From an uncultured bacterium (GTDB taxonomy: Bacteria; Patescibacteriota; Minisyncoccia; Phycocordibacterales; UBA9973), in the NCBI GenBank assembly GCA_903869825.1, contig CAIQAL010000038.1, positions 1 to 59,332 on the forward strand: a stretch of DNA of 59,332 nucleotides, in the 5' to 3' direction. Made by a program: the position numbers and the translations under genes. The number at the start of each line of letters is the position of its first letter. Positions within the stretch are counted from its first letter, which is position 1. Shown here in pieces: positions 52,733 to 59,332 of this stretch. Under the pieces are notes generated by a model. The model saw only the letters and a list, made by a program, of their open reading frames with translations. It was not told the origin of the DNA and ran no database searches.

Positions 52733-54871
52733 CTATTCAAAATGAAACTCCCCAGTCTTTTCTTGAGCCCTAGATTTTAATAAGGGATATTTGGAAAGTT
52801 CCGGATCTTCGGTAATTAAACGAAGTGCTTCGATGCGGGCAGCTTCTACCATTTTTAGATTTTTGATTGCTTCCATTGCGATATCGGAAATTCCCCATTG
52901 TTTTGTTCCACCAAGTTCTCCAGACCCTCGCAAAGACAAATCAAGTTCCGCCAATTCAAAGCCGTTTCTTGCCTTTTTTAAGGCGGTCAATCGTTGAATG
53001 GTTTTTTCGGATTTCGCTTCCGCAAAAACGTAACAATATGCCTGGTGGTTACTGCGAATGACCCTCCCCCGAAGTTGGTGCAATTGGGCAAGTCCGAATC
53101 TTTCTGCTCCCTCAATGATTATGATGGTGGCATTCGGAACGTTTACCCCGACTTCCACCACAGACGTGGCGCATAAAATATTTAATTTACCGTTAGTAAA
53201 ATCTTGCATAACTTTTTCTTTCTTTTCTTTGCTCATCTTAGAGTGAAGTACTCCGATTTCATATTCTGGGAAAATTTCTTTTTTCAAACGTTTCGCTTCT
53301 GCCACAGCAGATTTTACATTGAGAGCTAATTCCTTTTCAGGATCAGGTTCGTCAATTCTCGGACAAATGACATACATTTGTCTTCCCCGAGTCATTTCGA
53401 TTCTTATATTTTCATAAGTTTTTTCTCGTTGGTTTGGGGCAATAATTTCAGTAATTATTTTTTTTCTACCGGAGGGCATTTCGGACAAGAGGGATAAATC
53501 CAAATCGCCATAAATTGTAAGGGCTAAAGTTCGGGGGATAGGAGTAGCAGTCATTGAAAGAAGATGGGGAGCGATTTTATCTTTCCGAACCAGTTTCATT
53601 CTTTGGGTGGTTCCGAATCTATGCTGTTCGTCAATTACTACTAAGGCCAAATTTTTGAATTTAACTGTTTTTTGAATCAAAGAATGAGTGCCGATTAAAA
53701 TAGAAATTTCGCCACTTGAAACCCATTTCAAAAGTTGGGCCCGAGAAATATTGGTCCAGCCGGTGGGGTCAACCTTGGATGGGAATTTTCGGCAGCCACT
53801 TCCGGTAATAAGTCCAATATTGATTGGCAAATGTTTGAAATACTGGATGAAAGATTCAAAATGTTGAGTGGCTAGAATTTCGGTCGGAGCCATATAACCA
53901 GCTTGCGAATGATTTTGTACTGCAACATAAGCCGCAGTTGCGGCAACGGCAGTTTTTCCGGAACCGACATCGCCTTCAAGAAGGCGCGACATTGGAAAAG
54001 TCCTGGTCATATCCGATAAGATTGTTTCGATGGATTTTTCCTGAGAATCAGTGAGAGAGAAAGGAAAACGTTTTAAAAATTTTTCAATTTCATTTTTATC
54101 GGACTGTATTAGAAAAGATTTATTTTTACGATATTCGAGCTTGTTGTGTTGACGTTCGAGTTGAATAAAAAAAACCTCTTCAAAAGCAAATCTTTTTCTT
54201 GCCATTTCAGCGTCATCTTTGTTTTTTGGTTTGTGAATCCATATTAGGGCAGTTTTTAAAGTTGGTAAGTTGTATTTTTTTAGAATTTCACTCGGTAAAT
54301 AATCCTGTAGGTTATCCAAGGTCTTGCCCCGCAATATTTTTTCAATCGTATGATAAAACCATTTTGAAGTTACCCCCCGTGATTCTTGATAAAAAGGGAA
54401 AGAGAATCCAGCATTAGAGAATCCTTCTTTGTTAAAAAGAGTGTTATGAGAATCAATGGGAAGGTTGGTTGTTGTTTCAAATTCTGGGTTTGCCAAATAA
54501 ATACCATTTTTGCCAGTAGTAACTTTCCCAGTAAGTTTAACAGACTCTCCATCGTGCAACATTTTTGCGAGGTACGCTTGATGAAACCAAGTTATTTTTA
54601 TTTTCCCGGATAAATCTGTCACTTCTCCTTCGCCCATAGGTATTTTAGAGTGGTAACCTTTTTTTGTTTTTAATTTTGAAATTTTTCCGTAAATAGTGGC
54701 CGTTTCTCCCGTCACTAATTCTGCTATTTGTCTCACTTCACTGATGTCACTATATCGGACCGGAAAGTGAAAAAGTAAATCGTGCACGGAAAAAAGGTTA
54801 AGCTTTTTTAGGGCTTTTTTTTGATTTTCGTCTAAGCGGGAGATTGTTTCGAGTCGGTCGCTAAGTTGCAT
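52733..54871 (-). CDS. recG: ATP-dependent DNA helicase RecG
   Basis: 712 aa. Wedge/OB N-terminus, GDVGSGKT, DEQHRFG, SMTATPIPRT, helicase C domain, TRG-like C-terminus. Confidence 0.93.
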   Translation of the reverse strand: MQLSDRLETISRLDENQKKALKKLNLFSVHDLLFHFPVRYSDISEVRQIAELVTGETATIYGKISKLKTKKGYHSKIPMGEGEVTDLSGKIKITWFHQAYLAKMLHDGESVKLTGKVTTGKNGIYLANPEFETTTNLPIDSHNTLFNKEGFSNAGFSFPFYQESRGVTSKWFYHTIEKILRGKTLDNLQDYLPSEILKKYNLPTLKTALIWIHKPKNKDDAEMARKRFAFEEVFFIQLERQHNKLEYRKNKSFLIQSDKNEIEKFLKRFPFSLTDSQEKSIETILSDMTRTFPMSRLLEGDVGSGKTAVAATAAYVAVQNHSQAGYMAPTEILATQHFESFIQYFKHLPINIGLITGSGCRKFPSKVDPTGWTNISRAQLLKWVSSGEISILIGTHSLIQKTVKFKNLALVVIDEQHRFGTTQRMKLVRKDKIAPHLLSMTATPIPRTLALTIYGDLDLSLLSEMPSGRKKIITEIIAPNQREKTYENIRIEMTRGRQMYVICPRIDEPDPEKELALNVKSAVAEAKRLKKEIFPEYEIGVLHSKMSKEKKEKVMQDFTNGKLNILCATSVVEVGVNVPNATIIIIEGAERFGLAQLHQLRGRVIRSNHQAYCYVFAEAKSEKTIQRLTALKKARNGFELAELDLSLRGSGELGGTKQWGISDIAMEAIKNLKMVEAARIEALRLITEDPELSKYPLLKSRAQEKTGEFHFE

Positions 54872-54878
54872 TTATTGA

Positions 54879-55253
54879 TTATTTACCAATCAATTCTCTT
54901 ACTTTTTGAGTTAGTTCATCAAGATTAAAATTTGATTTGATTAAGAATTCGCTTATTCCCAATTTTTTGGCCCTTTCAATGTCTTTTTCTTCGGATAAGT
55001 TTGAAAATACGATTACTGGAACTTTTGGAACATGGCTTTCTTCTCTCACTTTTTTTAAAATGGCGAAACCGTCTATCTCAGGGAGCATTAGGTCAAGTAA
55101 AATTAAATCGATTTTTTCTTTTCTATCAATAATTTCAAAAGCCTCCGTTCCTTTTAAAGCAGATAAAATATCATAACCTTCTTTTTTGAGTTTGGTTGCC
55201 TCTAGTCCTTGAAGAAATTCATCATCCTCTATTATAAAAATTGTTTTTGCCAT
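54879..55253 (-). CDS. Stand-alone response-regulator receiver domain protein (CheY-like)
   Basis: IFIIEDDE, LDLMLPEIDG (phospho-Asp), PVIVFSN, K near the C-terminus. 124 aa, no output domain. Confidence 0.85.
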   Translation of the reverse strand: MAKTIFIIEDDEFLQGLEATKLKKEGYDILSALKGTEAFEIIDRKEKIDLILLDLMLPEIDGFAILKKVREESHVPKVPVIVFSNLSEEKDIERAKKLGISEFLIKSNFNLDELTQKVRELIGK

Positions 55254-55302
55254 ATATTAATTATACTACGGTGGGATGGGAACACAAGCAAATAAGTGGA
55301 AG

Positions 55303-56055
55303 CTATTTTTTACATGGAATCGTTACAAAGAAAGTGGTTCCTTTATCCCAATCACTTTCGAACCATATCTTACCGTGGTGGGCCTCGACGACCTGTTTTG
55401 CGGTAAATAAGCCTATTCCTGAACCAACTGCTTCTTTCTTTATGGCATCAGGCTCACGATAAAATTTCTGGAAGATCTTTGGCTTTCCCTTTCCAGAAAT
55501 CGGAGTTCCGTTATTTTTAATTGAAATTTCAACTGCACCATCTTTTTCTCGTAAGGCGATAAATACCTTTTCATTTTGATTGCTGTATTTTATTGCGTTT
55601 TCGATTAGGTTTTGTAAGACGATCAACATTTTTTCTTTGTCCACTGTAACTTTCGGCAAGTTTTCTGGCCGGAGGAAAATAACCTCTACTTTTCTGGCAT
55701 GAGCTTCACCGGAAAAATCGAAAATCGTGTCATCAACTAATTCAATTAAGTTTATTGCTTCAAAGCTGTATTTTTTTTCCAACAGGTCTTCCCTTTTATT
55801 GTCCATCAAAAGTTCGGTGACAGTATTGATTGCCCGGTCGTTATCTTCATAAGCTTTTTTCATTAAATTTTCTTGCTCTGCGGTAAGTTTTCCAACGTCT
55901 CCATTGATAAACATTCTCACGATCCACTTAATGGCGGAAAGGGAAGTACGAATCTGGTGCGCACTGATTGAGATCAGGTCACTTTTCGCCGATTGGAGCT
56001 TCGTCAACTTTTCGTTTTTTTCCTGCAATTGTTTTAGCGTCGCTTCTTTATCCAT
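55303..56055 (-). CDS. Cytoplasmic sensor histidine kinase (HisKA + HATPase_c only)
   Basis: H-box SAHQIRTSLSAI, N-box NLIENAIKYS, G-box GSGIGLFTAKQVVEAHHG. No TM or sensor domain. Confidence 0.85.
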   Translation of the reverse strand: MDKEATLKQLQEKNEKLTKLQSAKSDLISISAHQIRTSLSAIKWIVRMFINGDVGKLTAEQENLMKKAYEDNDRAINTVTELLMDNKREDLLEKKYSFEAINLIELVDDTIFDFSGEAHARKVEVIFLRPENLPKVTVDKEKMLIVLQNLIENAIKYSNQNEKVFIALREKDGAVEISIKNNGTPISGKGKPKIFQKFYREPDAIKKEAVGSGIGLFTAKQVVEAHHGKIWFESDWDKGTTFFVTIPCKK

Positions 56056-56174
56056 AAGTACATTATAACACTTTTTGCGGGGACACTCGTGTTAGGACCT
56101 TTCACTGACAAGCCCTGTAACGTTATTTCTAATAATTTTATATTACCATAACGATGTATCTCGTGCGAATTAAA

Positions 56175-56192
56175 AAAGTGACAAAAGTGACA
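56175..56192 (+). repeat. Tandem 9-bp direct repeat AAAGTGACA x2, with an inverted third copy at 56222-56228
   Basis: AAAGTGACAAAAGTGACA at 56175-56192. TGTCACT at 56222-56228 is the reverse complement of AGTGACA. Located 80-130 nt upstream of the recombinase ATG. Confidence 0.7.
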
Positions 56193-56307
56193 CTACTTAG
56201 GCTTATAAAGTTACATATAAATGTCACTATTTTAAATACGATTATGCTATGAATCCCTAGTTCTGCATAGACTTAGCAAAGCCCTCTTTCTCTGACACCA
56301 TTGGTAT

Positions 56308-57624
56308 ATGGAAACATATACAACAGCTAGAATTAATAAGGAGGTTCTTGCACCAGTACAAAAGATAAGGTATGTATTGTATGCTCGTAAATCAACCGAA
56401 TCAGAAGAACGCCAAGTCCTTTCAATTGATTCACAAATCAAGGAAATGCTTGAACTTGCCGAAAGAGAAAATCTTGAGATTGTTGAAATTAGACGAGAAT
56501 CTCACTCAGCTAAAGAATCAGGTCAGAGGCCTGTATACAAAGAAATATTGGAAGATATACGGCGTGGGCGATTTAATGGAATTCTAACTTGGGCACCTGA
56601 TAGACTTTCAAGAAACGCTGGAGATCTTGGGTCAGTCGTAGATTTAATGGATCAACAATTACTTCTGGAGATACGAACTTACGGACAACACTTTAAGAAC
56701 TCACCAAATGAAAAGTTTCTATTAATGATTTTATGTTCTCAAGCAAAACTTGAGAACGATAATAAAAGTGTAAATGTAAAACGTGGGCTAAGAACAAGAT
56801 GTGAAATGGGATTAAGACCAGGGGTAGCACCCACTGGTTATCTAAACCAAAAAATGATGGACAAAAAGTGTGAAGTGCTGGTTGATCCTGAAAGATCACC
56901 AGCTATTAAAAAAATGTTTGAAAAAGTAGCATATGAACACTGGAGTGGAAGAAAGATATATAATTGGCTTAGGTTTGATTTGAACTTCAGAACTTCTAAT
57001 GGGAAGAAACATCTTAGTTTAGGTAATATATACAAGATATTAGATAATCCTTTCTATTACGGAGTGTTTGAATATCCTAAGAAGTCTGGTAACTGGTATA
57101 CAGGAAAGCATGAACCGTTAATAACGAAAGAATTATTTAATTTAGTCCAAGAGCAAATTAAAAGTAATGTCCTTAGAATCGAAAATAAAGAATTTGCTTT
57201 CACTAAAATGATGACTTGTGGACTTTGTGGATCTGGTATATGTGCTGATGAAAAGTTTAAGAAATATAAGAACGGAACAATTACAAGATATGTCTATTAT
57301 GGTTGCACCAAGGCACGAGGCACCGACTGCAAATGTGGCTATACAGAAGAAAAAGATATTTTAAAACAGTTTGAAGAATTAATTGAAAAGATTGATATTA
57401 ATGAGATTCAAATTAAAGAAAAAATTAAAGTGGATGTTGAAAAATTTACAAACTTACAAAATTTCTTTTTAGGGAAAAAAGAGAAAGTTAGTATACCAAG
57501 TGTTGATATACGAGGATATGCTAGATATGTATTAAAAGAAGGGAGTGATATTGAGAAGAGAGAATTGTTGGGATGTTTAAGGGGGAGAATAGCTTTAAGT
57601 AATAAATTAATTAAATTAAGCTAG
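56308..57624 (+). mobile_element. Large serine recombinase (resolvase catalytic domain + recombinase domain + zinc ribbon)
   Basis: YARKSTESEERQVLSIDSQ (catalytic Ser region), LTWAPDRLSRN, recombinase-domain YYGVFEY, CGLCGS...YYGC Zn-ribbon, coiled-coil tail. 438 aa. Confidence 0.85.
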
Positions 57625-57668
57625 AAGTTGTCAGTATTTTGATGTTTTAAGTCTGTGGATAACTTTAC

Positions 57669-57697
57669 TTGACTAAATTACTTTATTCTGATAAAGT
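57669..57697 (+). promoter_or_regulatory. Promoter TTGACT-17-TAAAGT, 7 nt upstream of ATG 57705
   Basis: The track's TTG start (57669) coincides with a consensus -35 hexamer; -10 at 57692-57697. Confidence 0.4.
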
Positions 57698-57704
57698 AGC
57701 TAGT

Positions 57705-58040
57705 ATGCAGGAAATAAATTGGAAAATAAAAGAAAATAAGCAGTTAATAGAAGCTTTTTTATGTCTTAAAGACGAAGATGAAGCGAGGCGTTTTCTACGT
57801 GATATTATGACAGAAAAAGAAATAAAAGAATTTTCTAGTCGTTTGGAAACTGCTCGCCTACTAACCAAAGATACTCAATATAATGCAATCATAGAAAAAA
57901 CAGGGCTTTCTTCAACTACTATAGCTCGTATTTCAAAGTGGCTTAAAGGACCGCTTGGTGGATATCGTCTAGTATTAAATAAATTACATCATCACCATTC
58001 TCAAAATTCTGTTGGGAAAGGGTTGTCTTTGCATTCATAA
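57705..58040 (+). CDS. YerC/YecD (TrpR-like) family DNA-binding protein
   Basis: LIEAFLCLKDEDEARRFLRDIMTEKEIKEFSSRLETARLL...YNAIIEKTGLSSTTIARISKWLKG.LGGY: family signature. Confidence 0.75.
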   Translation: MQEINWKIKENKQLIEAFLCLKDEDEARRFLRDIMTEKEIKEFSSRLETARLLTKDTQYNAIIEKTGLSSTTIARISKWLKGPLGGYRLVLNKLHHHHSQNSVGKGLSLHS

Positions 58041-58066
58041 ATATTTTATAAATATTACTCGAATAC

Positions 58067-58091
58067 AACCCCTTCCTAACAGGAAGGGGTT
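58067..58091 (+). terminator. Terminator after the YerC-like gene
   Basis: AACCCCTTCCT aac AGGAAGGGGTT followed by TTGGTTT. Confidence 0.75.
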
Positions 58092-58150
58092 TTGGTTTGT
58101 ATACCTATAAAACGACAAATCTAAAATATTGTTCCTTTAAAAAATAAACA

Positions 58151-58609
58151 ATGGAAAAATTAAGGTTAATTAAAGCTGAGTATCACTGGTCTAATCGTAA
58201 AGATATATGGTTTTACTTTATTGGACCAACTAACCAAAATCAAAACAAAATTCATTTGGGTGATCCAATTCTACAAAACGAAAAAAAAGTTTTAAGGTGT
58301 TATTATCATGTATATGATTCTAAAAACAAAAAACATATACAGGAAATTTTAGATTATCTTGTTGATGATAAATGTTTTGGAGTAAGTGGAGATCTTGTGC
58401 TTCCACCAAATTACTTTTCTTCAGTTCGCATTTTTTACATCGCAGAAGAACGTCTTAAAGAATTCAAAAAAGAATTAAAGGTTAAAAATCTTAATGTTCT
58501 TTATTTTCAAAAAAAGGAGAAAGATTTTTTTGGAATTTATGACAATAAAGAAATGTTAAAACAGCTGTTCGAATTTGGTTTTTGGGAAGAAAAAACGAAA
58601 AACAAGTGA
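58151..58609 (+). CDS. Hypothetical protein
   Basis: 152-aa ORF flanked by terminators. No recognisable motif. Confidence 0.45.
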   Translation: MEKLRLIKAEYHWSNRKDIWFYFIGPTNQNQNKIHLGDPILQNEKKVLRCYYHVYDSKNKKHIQEILDYLVDDKCFGVSGDLVLPPNYFSSVRIFYIAEERLKEFKKELKVKNLNVLYFQKKEKDFFGIYDNKEMLKQLFEFGFWEEKTKNK

Positions 58610-58621
58610 TGAAAAATTAGT

Positions 58622-58649
58622 GTTGGAGAATTTATTTTAATTCTCCAAC
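58622..58649 (+). terminator. Terminator after the hypothetical gene
   Basis: GTTGGAGAAT ttatttta ATTCTCCAAC followed by a T-rich tail. Confidence 0.7.
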
Positions 58650-58751
58650 ATCTTTTCTTCCTCATTTTGAGAAAGGGTTTTAAGTCATCTAAAAACTTTA
58701 TGGTAAACGCTCACCACAAGAGTGAAAAATTGTTCTTTAAAAAGGAAAAAG

Positions 58752-59222
58752 ATGAAAATAATACTTTGTGACCAAGATGGGGTTTTAACTGACAAAACTT
58801 ATTCTTGCAACTATTCACTTGACGGGTTAAATGAATTGCTGGTTAGAAATAATGCAATTCTTATACCAAACTCCGATACTCCAACTTATAGACTGAGAAA
58901 TAATTTTGAGCAATTAACTGGAGTTAAAATTGACACATTAATTTCTGAGCGTGGAGCTATCGTTACTTACAAAGCGAATGAGTATCTAACGATAAACCTT
59001 CCAAAAAATGAATTGGAAAATTACAAACAAGCTGTCCATAATTTAGCGCTTGATTTTAATGCCAAAGTTTATTTTGGTGATTCTGCTACATGGTTAAAAA
59101 ATAATGAGGTTTTTGATTCTAATAAAAATGTCATTATTTTCGATACTCTGAGAAAAACTTCGTTAGGTTATTATGCACGAAGAACAAACAGTAAAGTCTC
59201 TTTCCGAAATGCCTATTATTGA
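58752..59222 (+). CDS. HAD-superfamily-like hydrolase (tentative)
   Basis: MKIILCDQDGVLTD resembles HAD motif I (DxDGVL). ATG 58752 preferred over GTG 58722. The remaining motifs are weak. Confidence 0.35.
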   Translation: MKIILCDQDGVLTDKTYSCNYSLDGLNELLVRNNAILIPNSDTPTYRLRNNFEQLTGVKIDTLISERGAIVTYKANEYLTINLPKNELENYKQAVHNLALDFNAKVYFGDSATWLKNNEVFDSNKNVIIFDTLRKTSLGYYARRTNSKVSFRNAYY

Positions 59223-59332
59223 AATTGCATGTAAGCGAACTGGAATTGGGCGTGCCAGTTATTATCGCTGGCTTAAAGAAGATTCTGAATTTCTTAAAAA
59301 AGCAGACGATGCATTACAAGAAGGCAGAGAAT
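59173..59332 (+). CDS. Helix-turn-helix protein, 3' partial (terminase-small-subunit-like / transposase-like HTH)
   Basis: Open frame to the window edge: ...IACKRTGIGRASYYRWLKEDSEFLKKADDALQEGRE. The start could be ATG 59173 or 59209. Overlaps the preceding ORF. Confidence 0.45.
   Translation, partial: MHEEQTVKSLSEMPIIEIACKRTGIGRASYYRWLKEDSEFLKKADDALQEGRE

Noticed and set aside
57654-57662. Perfect DnaA-box consensus (TGTGGATAA, the reverse complement of TTATCCACA)
   Set aside because: This is a single isolated copy. A 9-mer is expected by chance roughly once per few windows of this size. There is no cluster, no AT-rich unwinding element and no dnaA/dnaN nearby.

Overview
AT-rich, very gene-dense chromosomal segment of about 80 genes, read with the standard genetic code. 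Its hallmarks suggest a Candidate Phyla Radiation / Patescibacteria (Parcubacteria-like) bacterium. This lineage call is an inference from four things: no rpmD between rpsE and rplO, no rplA after rplK, archaeal-type cmk and pyrH, and start codons without Shine-Dalgarno (SD) elements.

The window is dominated by the translation apparatus:
- secE-nusG-rplK
- rpsL-rpsG-(HTH)-fusA-(2 ORFs)-tuf
- the S10 and spc clusters (rpsJ to rplO), then secY, adk, pyrH, map
- infC-rpmI-rplT on the minus strand
- smpB plus tmRNA, ftsH, and a tRNA-Ile(UAU)

Nucleotide-metabolism genes are interleaved with these operons:
- a dCMP-deaminase-like gene, a P-loop kinase, thyA and folA
- a pyrC-pyrD-pyrE-pyrF cassette inserted between rplB and rpsS
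- cmk-like, adk and pyrH
- a Nudix hydrolase and ndk

Most notable items:
1. An orphan VirD4/TraD-like ATPase without transmembrane (TM) segments and with a large unknown N-terminal region.
2. A roughly 160-nt structured ncRNA candidate with its own promoter and terminator.
3. Fragmentation of the classical str/S10/spc operons by inserted genes, terminators and a recurring TTGAC-N16/17-TGCTAWWAT promoter type.
4. A histidine kinase (HK) - receiver - recG operon.
5. A large serine recombinase with adjacent GTGACA repeats, marking a possible mobile element that runs off the right edge.

No CRISPR array, rRNA gene or reverse transcriptase was seen.
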